A stretch of 64,000 nt of DNA from an uncultured Acidimicrobiaceae bacterium (GCA_964397045.1 CAYNHF010000049.1:1027-65026), one strand, 5' to 3'; shown: positions 9,148-18,565, numbered from the stretch's first letter. Numbers and translations are program-made. Notes: a model not told the origin generated them from the sequence alone.

Positions 9148-9951
9148 ATGGGCAACCCGGAACAGAGTCGAGCCCGGACGAATCGAGCTCGCGGCATCTC
9201 GGTACGGCCGTTTCCCGCCCGCCGCAAGGCGGTGCTTCAGGCGATGCGGGTGGGCAGGCGCATGGCGCCGATGCATGGACTACTCGACGTTGATGTGACG
9301 CGTGCCGTGCGGCGGGTGTCCGATGCAGAAGAACCTGCCAGCTTCACGGCGTTCATCGTGGCGGCGGTGGCTCGCGCTGCGGCAGAGCACCCCGAGGTCC
9401 ACGCCTACCGGGACTACCGCGGCCGGCTGGTGACACACGGCCATGTCGATGTGACGACGATGATCGAAGTGCCTACGGTCGACGGCGCGTTTCCGCTCGG
9501 CCACGTCATCCGTGACGCGGATGTGAGGTCGGTTGCCGACATCACACGCGAGCTGCGAGGTGTCCAGGCAGATCCGGCTTCGAGTCCGAGCGGGTACCTG
9601 CTTCAGCGCGTCGGCGGCGTGGCATCGCGGGTCCCCTTCTTCTTCGGCGCCTTCTATCGCGTCGCGGCTCGGTCGCGTCGTATCCGCGCCTCGATCGGTA
9701 CCGTTGCAGTGACTTCGGTGGGCATGTTCGGGGGTGGTAGTGGCTTTGGGATCGGTGTCCCTACGGTGATGACACTCACTGTTCTGGTTGGGGGGCGCAG
9801 CCGGAGGCCCAGGGCCGTCGGGGACGTAGTGGAATTGCGCGACGTCTTGGATCTCACCATCACCATCGATCACAACGTCGTAGACGGCGCTCCGGCGGCC
9901 CGGTTTGGCGCCGAGTTGCGGCGAAGACTCGAGACGGCAGACCTTCCCTAG
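9148..9951 (+). CDS. Stand-alone 2-oxoacid dehydrogenase E2-type acyltransferase catalytic domain protein (no lipoyl or E3-binding domains)
   Basis: Carries the catalytic-domain signature DHNVVDGAPAARF (DHRxxDG(A)xAARF) plus upstream conserved blocks (MHGLLDVDVT, VPTVMTLTVL). I chose the ATG at 9148 inside the longer 8944 ORF because the sequence upstream of it overlaps the Mo-subunit gene. Confidence 0.65.
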   Translation: MGNPEQSRARTNRARGISVRPFPARRKAVLQAMRVGRRMAPMHGLLDVDVTRAVRRVSDAEEPASFTAFIVAAVARAAAEHPEVHAYRDYRGRLVTHGHVDVTTMIEVPTVDGAFPLGHVIRDADVRSVADITRELRGVQADPASSPSGYLLQRVGGVASRVPFFFGAFYRVAARSRRIRASIGTVAVTSVGMFGGGSGFGIGVPTVMTLTVLVGGRSRRPRAVGDVVELRDVLDLTITIDHNVVDGAPAARFGAELRRRLETADLP

Positions 9952-10118
9952 TGAATCGTTGCCCGAGGGGGGTGGCCCAGCGCGATCGGCCCTTCGGATT
10001 TCCTGCCAGAATGGGATCTCCCGGCGTTCACGGCCTCTCTGCGGTCGCGCCGGATCTTGTCACGGGCGCCCGGGCCCCTCCCGGGATCGGACTGTTGGAA
10101 TGTTCGGAGGAACACACA

Positions 10119-11068
10119 TGAGGAGCTTCGCAGGCAGAGACATCTTGTCACTGAAGGATATGGAACGAGCCGAGTTCTTCCACATCTTCGATGTCGCTGC
10201 CGAACTCGAACCAATCGCACGAGAGCGACGCAACGTCGATCTCCTTGCAGACAAGACGCTGGTCACCGCCTTCTATCAGCCATCGACCCGAACCCGGTTG
10301 GCTCATGAGGCCGCCATGCATCGCCTCGGCGGCGCCGTCCTCGGGTTCTCAGACGCCAAGATGACCAGGGCAGGCGACTTCTACCAGGAGTCGATCAAAG
10401 ACACCGTCCACATGCTCGAGTATTACGGCGACGTCATGGTCATGCGCCACTTCCAGCAGGGGGCGCCCCAGGAAGCCGCCCGCTGGGCGAGCATCCCGGT
10501 GATCAATGCCGGCGACGGCTGGGGTGAGCACCCGACCCAGGTGTTGACCGACCTGTACACCATCTTGCAGGAGAAGGGCACCATCGACGGCTTGAAGATC
10601 GTGTGCATCGGGGACATGCGGATGCGCACCATGCATTCCATCGGCTACGCCCTGAGCCAGTTCGACGCCGAGGCGATCTTCATCGCCCCGCCTGAGATGA
10701 ACCTCACCGATGAATTCAAAGAGGAACTCGTTGCCAAGGACACCAACTTCCGCGAGGCGGAGCACATCATGGACGTGATCGGCGAGGCGGACGTCGTCTA
10801 CATGGAGCCCGTGGTGCAGCCCGACTACACGAAGCCGCGCGATGAGAGAACCGGCGATATCGGACTCACCCCGGACAACTACAAGGTGACCCGCGAAGTC
10901 ATGAAGAGCGCCAAGAGCGACGCCATCGTGCTCCATTCCTTGCCCCGCATGGATGAGCTGCTCATGGACGTAGACGAGACCCGCCACGCCCGCTATTGGG
11001 AAGAGGCGTTCTACGGCGTCGTCATGCGCATGGCGCTGCTGTCGCTGGTGCTCGGCGCCGCCGAGTGA
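10119..11068 (+). CDS. Aspartate carbamoyltransferase (PyrB)-like transcarbamylase, ~316 aa
   Basis: STRTR, HPTQ and HSLPR motifs, and colinear similarity to E. coli PyrB along the whole length (PSTRTRLAHEAAMHRLGGAVLGFSD; INAGDGWGEHPTQVLTDLYTI; VLHSLPRMDEL). GGAGGA RBS 6 nt upstream of the ATG at 10119. It is not in a pyr-operon context. Confidence 0.75.
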
Positions 11069-11132
11069 GCCGAGTGAGCCGGGCGGCGAGCTGCCGCACC
11101 CCGACCATCTGGTATTGAGAGAGGAAATAGAC

Positions 11133-12107
11133 GTGCAAACAGGCTTGCGTGGTCGTGACATGATCACGACCCAGGAATGGACCAAGAACGAACTCGATAC
11201 CGTGCTGGACGTGGCGCTCGATCTCAAGCGCCGCAGGGCGCTCGGCGAGCTCCATCCGCTGCTGCGGGACAAGGTGCTTGCCATGTTGTTCTTCTTCTCC
11301 TCGACCCGCACCCGTGCCAGCTTCGAGGCCGGGGTGGCTCAGCTCGGGGGGCACGCCCAGTTCATCGAGTCGAAGAGCACCCAGATCTCCCACGGCGACA
11401 CCGCGAAGGAGATCGGCGACATCCTCGGCCGGTACAACGACGGCATTGCCATCCGGCAGGTCGACTGGGGAGTGGGCAACGGCTACATCCGCGACGTGGC
11501 TGCGGCCTCCCGCACCCCGGTGTTGAACATGCAGTGTGACTGGTACCACCCGTTCCAGGCGTTGGCTGATCTGCTCACGATCATCGAGTACAAGGGCGAC
11601 CCGCGGGGCCTCACGATCGACGTCAGCTGGGCCTACGCCGACAGCTATCAGAAGCCGTTGAGTGTTCCCCAGAGCCTCATCACGCTGATGACCCGCTACG
11701 GGATGAACGTGCGGCTGACCCGGCCGCCCGAGTTCAAGCTCATGCCGGAGGTGATGGCCCAAGCGGAGGCCAATGCCGCAGCTGCAGGCGGCTCCTTCGA
11801 GGTCGTCGAAGACTTCGATGCCGGGTTCCGGGATGCAGACGTGGTGTACGCCAAGAGCTGGGGCGCCATGCTCACGACGACAGATGACGAGGATTCGGCG
11901 CAGATCGGGGCGCAGTACACCGACTGGATCACAGACGAGCGGCGCATGGCGCTGGCTAAGCCGGACTCGATGTATATGCACCCGCTGCCTGCCGATCGCA
12001 ACATCGAGGTGACGGACGCGGTGATCGACGGACCCAATAGCGCCGTCTTCGATGAGGCGGAGAATCGGCTCCATGTACAGAAGGCGGTAATGGCGCTCAC
12101 CATGTGA
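11133..12107 (+). CDS. ygeW: YgeW-like transcarbamylase (knotted ATC/OTC-superfamily carbamoyltransferase of purine-ureide catabolic clusters)
   Basis: SSTRTRASFE, NMQCDWYHPFQ, WAYADSYQKPLSVPQSLITLMTRYGMNV and MHPLPADRN blocks match my memory of E. coli YgeW. The start is uncertain: TTG at 11115, GTG at 11133 (preceded by a GAGAGGAAA RBS) or ATG at 11160. Confidence 0.65.
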   Translation: MQTGLRGRDMITTQEWTKNELDTVLDVALDLKRRRALGELHPLLRDKVLAMLFFFSSTRTRASFEAGVAQLGGHAQFIESKSTQISHGDTAKEIGDILGRYNDGIAIRQVDWGVGNGYIRDVAAASRTPVLNMQCDWYHPFQALADLLTIIEYKGDPRGLTIDVSWAYADSYQKPLSVPQSLITLMTRYGMNVRLTRPPEFKLMPEVMAQAEANAAAAGGSFEVVEDFDAGFRDADVVYAKSWGAMLTTTDDEDSAQIGAQYTDWITDERRMALAKPDSMYMHPLPADRNIEVTDAVIDGPNSAVFDEAENRLHVQKAVMALTM

Positions 12108-12185
12108 GCGCTCCGCAGGCAACGGGACGGGGCAGTACAGCTCCGGCGGCGTGCGTACAACCGAGCAGCAAGTCTGGAGGACAGC

Positions 12186-13127
12186 GTGGCACGAAGAGCA
12201 GTAGTTGCGATCGGGGGAAACTCCCTGATCAGAGATGCAAGTCGGCAGAGTGTCGAGGATCAGTACCTCGCGGCTGCGGAGACCGATCACCACATCGCGG
12301 CGCTTATCCGCGAGGGGTGGGAGATCTGTATTACCCACGGGAACGGGCCTCAGGTTGGTTTCATCATGCGCCGCTCCGAGCTAGCGGCCCATGAGCTCCA
12401 CGAGGTGCCGCTCGAGGTATGCGTCGCAGACACCCAGGGAGCCATCGGCTACGCCCTGCAGCAGACGCTGGGGCATGACTTGAGCCGGCTCGGTATCGAA
12501 AAGGGGGTCGTGACCGTCGTCACGCAGGTCGAGGTCGACGAAAACGATCCTGCGTTCGCCAAACCGGGCAAGCCGATTGGGTCATTTCTCGACGAGGACA
12601 CTGCTGCACAACGGACCCTGGAGAACGGCTGGACCTGCATCGAAGACGCAGGGCGAGGCTGGCGTCGTGTCGTCGCCTCGCCGGCCCCGGTACGCGTGGT
12701 AGAGGCAGGCGCCATCAAGTTCCTGATGGACTCCGGATTCGTGGTGATTGCGGCAGGTGGCGGGGGGATTCCCGTGGCTGAGCGAGACGGTGATCTCGTG
12801 GGAGTGGCCGCGGTGATCGACAAGGACCTGGCGTCTGCTCTGCTCGCAGGCGATATCGGGGCGGACACGTTCCTCATTACGACGGCGGTCGAGCAGGTGG
12901 CGCTGAACTGGGGAACTCCAGAGCAGGAGTGGGTGAGCCACATGACACTCGACGAGGTCAAGGGATATCTCGCGGAGGGCGGCCACTTCGCAGAAGGGTC
13001 GATGGCGCCGAAGATGCGTGCGGTCGTACAGTTCCTCGAACAGGGCGGCCGCGAGGCCATCATCACCGATCCCGACAACATGCAACGCGCCATGGCAGGC
13101 GAGACCGGTACCCGGATCACTGCGTAG
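12186..13127 (+). CDS. arcC: Carbamate kinase
   Basis: Starts VVAIGGNSL and carries the HGNGPQVG motif of the amino-acid kinase fold of carbamate kinases. GTG start with GGAGGA RBS. Confidence 0.85.
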   Translation: MARRAVVAIGGNSLIRDASRQSVEDQYLAAAETDHHIAALIREGWEICITHGNGPQVGFIMRRSELAAHELHEVPLEVCVADTQGAIGYALQQTLGHDLSRLGIEKGVVTVVTQVEVDENDPAFAKPGKPIGSFLDEDTAAQRTLENGWTCIEDAGRGWRRVVASPAPVRVVEAGAIKFLMDSGFVVIAAGGGGIPVAERDGDLVGVAAVIDKDLASALLAGDIGADTFLITTAVEQVALNWGTPEQEWVSHMTLDEVKGYLAEGGHFAEGSMAPKMRAVVQFLEQGGREAIITDPDNMQRAMAGETGTRITA

Positions 13128-13306
13128 CTGCGCGGTCTGGCGACCGCACTTGCCCACATCTGCGCCGGCCGATGCAGGTGCCCGGAAAGGCGAAACCGCC
13201 TGATACCACTGCCGTTCGCCATGACCGCCTCCTCAAGCCTCCAGACACGAACGTCGATAGAGAGGTGACGGGTACCGAATCTGGTAGGCGAAGCGAGGTT
13301 GCTTGG

Positions 13307-15829
13307 ATGGGCTGGAGTCCCGACCCTGAACTCCGTCAGATGTTCATGGACGAGCTGAACGAAAGGTCGTCTCGGCTGGTTGAGGGTGCGCGCGCCATGC
13401 GCAATGGGCCGGTGGACTCGGAGTACGCAGGCGGCATGATGCGCGAGGGCCACACGATCAAGGGCACTGCACGTGTCCTCGGGTTTGAGGCGGTTTCGGT
13501 CGGCGGTCTGCTGGTCGAAGAGATCTGGAAGCGGATCCAGCACGGTGACCTCGAGCCGACTGAAGAGCTCGCGTTGGCGCTCGAGGCACTGGCAGAAACG
13601 GTGGTTGGCGCCGGTGAGGCCGATCCGGACACCGGTACCGTCGAGCACTACCAAGCAATGACCCGACTTTCCGCCCTGGTCCCAGATGTCGCACTTCCCG
13701 CGGTCACGCCACCAGACCCGACGGCAGTCGCCGCGACCACGCCACTGGAGCCCTTGGTCTCGGTGGACCTGATCACGGACCCGACCGTCGTGGAACCGAC
13801 CACCATGGCCCCGGCCGTTGCAGAGCCGATTGTCGCCGCCCCAATCGTCGAGGAAGAGCCGGTCGCCACCAGCGCGTCACCCCAGGAGATCGCGGCTGCT
13901 CCCGAGGAGCCTGCAGTTGAGTCCGCGCCACCACCACAGCCTGAGGCCGCGTCTCCCCCTGGAGGGGGCGTCGATCCGCGCCCGCCTTTGGGCCGAAGTC
14001 CGAGTGGAGAGTATCCGGTGGGAGCCATGTCCGCGGTGCGGAGGCTACGGGGCCAGGAGGACCACGGGGCGGAGGCTCCGGTCCCGGTACCCGTCGAACC
14101 TGCGGCCCCGATACCCGTCGCCGCGGTTGCGGTCGCCACGTCACACGAAGCACCTGCTGCGAGCGAGCCGGTGGCCATGCCGGACCCGACTCCCCCGCTC
14201 GTCGCCGCGGCATCTGAGCCGGGGAGGCCCGCTTCTCGCTCCAGTGATGTCGACTATCTGATCGAGTCGATTGGGCGCTGGGTGGTCGAACCCTCGATGG
14301 TCAACGCCGGGTCGCTGAATCGTCTCGTCAACGGTTTGTCCGAAACGCGTTCGCAGGCAGACATCCTCGTCAACCTCGTCGGCCAGCTCGGTGACTCGGT
14401 GCCGGCAGACATCGCCGATCATCTCAACCGCGTATCGACTTGGCTCCAGCAGTCGGCGGCAGGCATGCTCGACGAGTCGCTCGGCCTGGCGGCCGTGCCG
14501 GTCACCAACATCACCAACACGCTGCCGCAGCTGGTTCGACTGCTGTCGGGCAAGCTCGGCAAGGACGTTGCCTTCGAGATCACGGGCGATGAGAGCATCT
14601 CAGTAGACCGCCAGATCCTTGAACAGCTGAGCGAGCCGGTTCGCCACGTCATTGTCAACGCCCTCATCCATGGGATCGAGTCGCCGCAGGCCCGGGCCGC
14701 AGCCCGCAAGCCTGAGGAGGCCAGTCTCGAGATGCGCGTTGGGCTTCGCGACGGCACGTTCGAAATCGAGATCGCAGACGACGGCGCCGGGGTCGACCTG
14801 GCGGCAGTACGCCGCGTAGCCGTGGAGCGGGGCCTCATCGACGAGGCGGCAGTCTCCGACGAATCCCTTGAACGGTTGGTATTCCTTGATGGACTCAGCA
14901 CAGGAAGTGAGGCGGAGTCCACCGGTTCCGGACATGGCCTCTCGGTTGTGGCGCAAACCGTCGAAGGGCTATTCGGACGCGTCCGGATGGTGTCGGAACC
15001 AGCCGTCGGTACGACGGTCACGCTTGCCGTACCTTCGGCTAGGGCACTCGAGAAGCTGCTGCTGGTCGAGGCCGGGGGAGGACTATGGGCTGTGCCCTCG
15101 GCTGCGGTCGAGGCGGTGCATCCCATCAAGGATGTCACCGTATTCGAAGACGGGGACGCACGCGAGATTGAGTGGAACGCTTCCCGGATCCCGCTGCGCT
15201 CACTGGCGGTGACCGCCGGCGTTGCGCCCGGACGACGGGATCAGACGCTGCTCGTGATGTCGCACCGGACGGGTCGAGCCGCATTCACTTGCGGCGGTGC
15301 GCGTGGTACGTACGAACTCTGGGTGAGGCACCTGGGGGCATCGCACGCCGCGCCTCGCCATGTTTTCGGGATGTCGTTTCTCGCCAACCGCGAGGCGGTG
15401 CTCGTACTCGACGCTGGCCGGATGGTCGAACGCGCCAGCAGTCTCCCCGACGACGACCGACACCGTGAGGTTCGGGTGCTCGTAGTCGACGACTCGCGGG
15501 GTGCGCGGGCGGTGGTTTCGAGTGCCTTGGCCTCGGCAGGGCTCACTCCAAGCGTGGCAGGATCGGTGTCCGAAGCACTCGAGGTGCTCGACGAGCACGA
15601 AGTCGATGCACTGGTCGTCGATTTCTCGATGCCAAACGCCGATGGAGTTGCGCTCGTCAAGGAGGTCAGGGCTCGCAAAGACCCGATGCCGATCGTGATG
15701 CTTTCGGCAGTTGCCAACGAGGAAGACCAGACCCGCGCGAAACGGGCCGGGGTCGACGCCTTCTTTGCCAAGGGATCCTTTCAGGAGGGAGTGCTCGCCG
15801 ACGCGCTCTGGGAGATGCTCGACGCCTGA
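13307..15829 (+). CDS. CheA-like hybrid histidine kinase (HPt, Pro/Ala/Glu-rich linker, HATPase, CheW-like domain, C-terminal receiver)
   Basis: HPt motif EGHTIKGTARVLG, kinase G-boxes (DDGAGVDL, GSGHGLSVV), a CheW-like domain, and a REC domain (VLVVDDSRGARAV...DALVVDFSMPNADG...PIVMLSA). The long 12929 ORF overlaps carbamate kinase, so I chose the ATG at 13307. Confidence 0.75.
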   Translation: MGWSPDPELRQMFMDELNERSSRLVEGARAMRNGPVDSEYAGGMMREGHTIKGTARVLGFEAVSVGGLLVEEIWKRIQHGDLEPTEELALALEALAETVVGAGEADPDTGTVEHYQAMTRLSALVPDVALPAVTPPDPTAVAATTPLEPLVSVDLITDPTVVEPTTMAPAVAEPIVAAPIVEEEPVATSASPQEIAAAPEEPAVESAPPPQPEAASPPGGGVDPRPPLGRSPSGEYPVGAMSAVRRLRGQEDHGAEAPVPVPVEPAAPIPVAAVAVATSHEAPAASEPVAMPDPTPPLVAAASEPGRPASRSSDVDYLIESIGRWVVEPSMVNAGSLNRLVNGLSETRSQADILVNLVGQLGDSVPADIADHLNRVSTWLQQSAAGMLDESLGLAAVPVTNITNTLPQLVRLLSGKLGKDVAFEITGDESISVDRQILEQLSEPVRHVIVNALIHGIESPQARAAARKPEEASLEMRVGLRDGTFEIEIADDGAGVDLAAVRRVAVERGLIDEAAVSDESLERLVFLDGLSTGSEAESTGSGHGLSVVAQTVEGLFGRVRMVSEPAVGTTVTLAVPSARALEKLLLVEAGGGLWAVPSAAVEAVHPIKDVTVFEDGDAREIEWNASRIPLRSLAVTAGVAPGRRDQTLLVMSHRTGRAAFTCGGARGTYELWVRHLGASHAAPRHVFGMSFLANREAVLVLDAGRMVERASSLPDDDRHREVRVLVVDDSRGARAVVSSALASAGLTPSVAGSVSEALEVLDEHEVDALVVDFSMPNADGVALVKEVRARKDPMPIVMLSAVANEEDQTRAKRAGVDAFFAKGSFQEGVLADALWEMLDA

Positions 15830-15887
15830 CGAGCAGCCACGCGGCCCAATCACACAGGTGTAGTTCGGTCCGTATACTCAGCGGCCC

Positions 15888-18071
15888 ATGCCTGACACCA
15901 TGCTGCTCGACGATCTCAACGCGACCCAACGCGAGGCGGTAGCCGCTACCGAAGGGCCCGTTCTGGTCGTTGCGGGCGCCGGATCCGGTAAAACCCGCGT
16001 GTTGACTCGAAGAGTCGCTCATCTGATCCGAGACCTCGACGTGTCACCCTTCTCGATCCTGGCGATCACATTCACCAACAAGGCCGCCTCCGAGATGAAG
16101 GACCGGGTCGCGGGCCTCGTCGGCCCGGTCGCACACAACATGTGGGTGTCGACATTCCACTCCGCCTGCTCGCGAATCCTTCGAAGGGAGGCGCCGCGAT
16201 TGGGCTACCGATCTGCATTCTCGATCTACGACGCTGCAGACTCGCTGCGACTGATCACACTCTGCGTCAAGGATCTCGATCTCGACCCCAAGCGGTTCCC
16301 ACCGCGCAACCTTCGAGCCGTCATATCGAATGCCAAGAACGAACTGGTGGACTACGAGACCTACGCCACCACGGGTACCGGGATCTATCACGAGAAGGTT
16401 GCCGATGTGTACCGGCTGTACCAGCAGCGGCTCGTCGAGGCTTCCGCGATGGATTTCGATGATCTCCTGATGGTGACGGTGGAACTTCTGCAGGCGTTCC
16501 CTGAGGTGCTCGCGCACTATCAGGAGCGCTTCCAGTACGTCCTGGTCGATGAATACCAGGACACGAATCACGCGCAGTACATGCTCGTGAAGCTGCTCAC
16601 CGAGCGGCACCGCAATCTCTGTGTGGTGGGAGACTCCGACCAGAGCATCTATGCGTTCCGGGGCGCAGACCTGCGCAACATCATGGAGTTCGAGAAGGAC
16701 TTCCCCGACGCCCGTGTCGTCCTGCTCGAGCAGAACTACCGGTCTACGCAGACCATTCTGGAAGCGGCCAACGCCGTCATATCCAACAACGCGGGCCGCA
16801 AACCGAAGCGGCTCTGGACCGATCTGGGTGAGGGTGAACCGCTGGTTGTGTTCGAGGCTGAAGACGAACACGACGAAGCCGCCTACCTCGCCGAGGTAGT
16901 GACCGAACTCGAGAAGACGGACCGCAGACGCAGCGAGATTGCTGTGTTCTATCGCACCAACGCCCAGAGCCGGGTGATCGAGGAGGTGATGGTCAAGTTC
17001 GGCGTGCCCTATCAGGTGGTGGGGGGGCTCAAGTACTACGACAGGCGCGAGGTGAAGGACGTACTCGGCTACCTGCGGGCCATCGTGAACCCGGACGACA
17101 CGGTCGCCCTCAAGCGGGTCGTGAACGTACCCAAGCGCAGCATCGGAGCCACCAGCGTTGCTCATGTCGACCGGTTTGCGGATGGCGAGGGTTTGAGCTT
17201 CTACGAAGCTCTGGCCCGCAGCGACGAGAACCCCCGACTTGCGGCGAGAGCGCAGCGGTCGATCGCTGAGTTCGTGGCACTGCTGGAGCATCTGACCCTC
17301 CAGGCGGCAGCCGGACCGCGTGCCGCGCTGGAGGCTATCACCACCGACACGGGGTATATGGATTGGGTCCGGAGCGAGCGGACCATCGAAGCGATGGGGC
17401 GCGAAGAGAACCTCAAAGAGCTCATCTCGGCCGCAGCCGACTTCGAGGAGACCGGGCCGGCTTCGATGGGGCCGGCCGAGTGGGAGGCGATCGACGGCCT
17501 GCGGCGGGTGGAGATGTTCCTCGAGGCAATCAGCCTCGTCACCGACGTCGACAGCATGGACAACTCCGAGGCGGTGACCTTGATGACGCTTCACAACGCC
17601 AAGGGTCTCGAGTTCCCCGTAGTGTTCATCACCGGCATGGAGGACGGGGTCTTTCCGCACATGCGTTCGCTCGGGGAACCGGCGGAACTCGAGGAAGAAC
17701 GTCGGCTGGCGTACGTGGGAATCACTCGCGCGATGGAGGAGCTCTACCTGACTCGAGCGTGGAGCCGCAACCTGTGGGGGGGGAACAACTTCAACCCACC
17801 TTCGCGGTTTCTGCGCGAGATCCCGGAGCACCTCACTTCGCAGGCGACACGGCGCTCCCGACGGGGCGTCCTGGAGTCGGTCACCCGGCAGACGAGCACC
17901 GTGGCCGACGGATCGATCGCGTCGGGCGATCGGGTACGCCACGCCCACTGGGGCGAAGGGACCGTCCGTGAGGTGATCGGCACAGGAGACCGGGCAGAGG
18001 CCGTTGTCAGTTTCGACGCGGAGGGAGTCAAGCGACTGCTCCTCGCATGGGCGCCGCTGGAGCAGGTCTGA
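15888..18071 (+). CDS. pcrA: ATP-dependent DNA helicase PcrA/UvrD
   Basis: Walker A AGAGSGKTRVLTRRVAHL and UvrD helicase motifs throughout; 727 aa. Confidence 0.9.
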   Translation: MPDTMLLDDLNATQREAVAATEGPVLVVAGAGSGKTRVLTRRVAHLIRDLDVSPFSILAITFTNKAASEMKDRVAGLVGPVAHNMWVSTFHSACSRILRREAPRLGYRSAFSIYDAADSLRLITLCVKDLDLDPKRFPPRNLRAVISNAKNELVDYETYATTGTGIYHEKVADVYRLYQQRLVEASAMDFDDLLMVTVELLQAFPEVLAHYQERFQYVLVDEYQDTNHAQYMLVKLLTERHRNLCVVGDSDQSIYAFRGADLRNIMEFEKDFPDARVVLLEQNYRSTQTILEAANAVISNNAGRKPKRLWTDLGEGEPLVVFEAEDEHDEAAYLAEVVTELEKTDRRRSEIAVFYRTNAQSRVIEEVMVKFGVPYQVVGGLKYYDRREVKDVLGYLRAIVNPDDTVALKRVVNVPKRSIGATSVAHVDRFADGEGLSFYEALARSDENPRLAARAQRSIAEFVALLEHLTLQAAAGPRAALEAITTDTGYMDWVRSERTIEAMGREENLKELISAAADFEETGPASMGPAEWEAIDGLRRVEMFLEAISLVTDVDSMDNSEAVTLMTLHNAKGLEFPVVFITGMEDGVFPHMRSLGEPAELEEERRLAYVGITRAMEELYLTRAWSRNLWGGNNFNPPSRFLREIPEHLTSQATRRSRRGVLESVTRQTSTVADGSIASGDRVRHAHWGEGTVREVIGTGDRAEAVVSFDAEGVKRLLLAWAPLEQV

Positions 18072-18172
18072 GCCCACGGCCGGCGCGATGACCCAGTCGA
18101 TGCCAGATCGGAGGACGAGAAGGCATCGGATCGAGCTGAATCCGACCCGGTTGCCCCGACTAACCTCGCGGC

Positions 18173-18565
18173 ATGCCACGCCGGGTCCTCATCGCCAAAC
18201 CAGGCCTCGATGGCCACGACCGCGGGGCCAAGGTCGTGGCCAGAGCGCTGCGAGACTCCGGCTGCGAGGTCATCTACTCGGGACTGCATCAAACTCCTGA
18301 GCAAATCGTCGAAACCGCGCTCCAGGAAGACGTGTCCGGGGTTGGGCTCTCGGTGTTGTCCGGCGCTCACATGACCCTGTTTCCCCGCGTCGTCGAATTA
18401 CTGCGCGAGCGAGGTGCAGAGGACGTCGTGGTGTTCGGGGGCGGCATCATCCCCGACGACGACATTCCACTGCTGGAAGCGGCAGGCCTCGCTGCCGTCT
18501 TCACCCCCGGTACGCCACTCTCCGAGATCTCGGACTGGGTCGACAACAACCTGGACGAATACTGA
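18173..18565 (+). CDS. Cobalamin (B12)-binding domain protein, methylmalonyl-CoA mutase C-terminal-domain-like, stand-alone
   Basis: 130 aa. B12-binding Rossmann-like domain with the DxHxxG-type motif ([26 protein letters not shown]). No mutase large subunit is adjacent. Confidence 0.7.
   Translation: MPRRVLIAKPGLDGHDRGAKVVARALRDSGCEVIYSGLHQTPEQIVETALQEDVSGVGLSVLSGAHMTLFPRVVELLRERGAEDVVVFGGGIIPDDDIPLLEAAGLAAVFTPGTPLSEISDWVDNNLDEY

Noticed and set aside
10349-12338. 320-aa and 438-aa ORFs on the - strand
   Set aside because: They are antisense to the two transcarbamylase genes, whose translations match PyrB/YgeW colinearly. They have no motifs of their own.
16044-18179. 711-aa ORF on the - strand
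   Set aside because: It is antisense to pcrA (Walker A and UvrD motifs on the + strand); a GC-skewed frame artefact.
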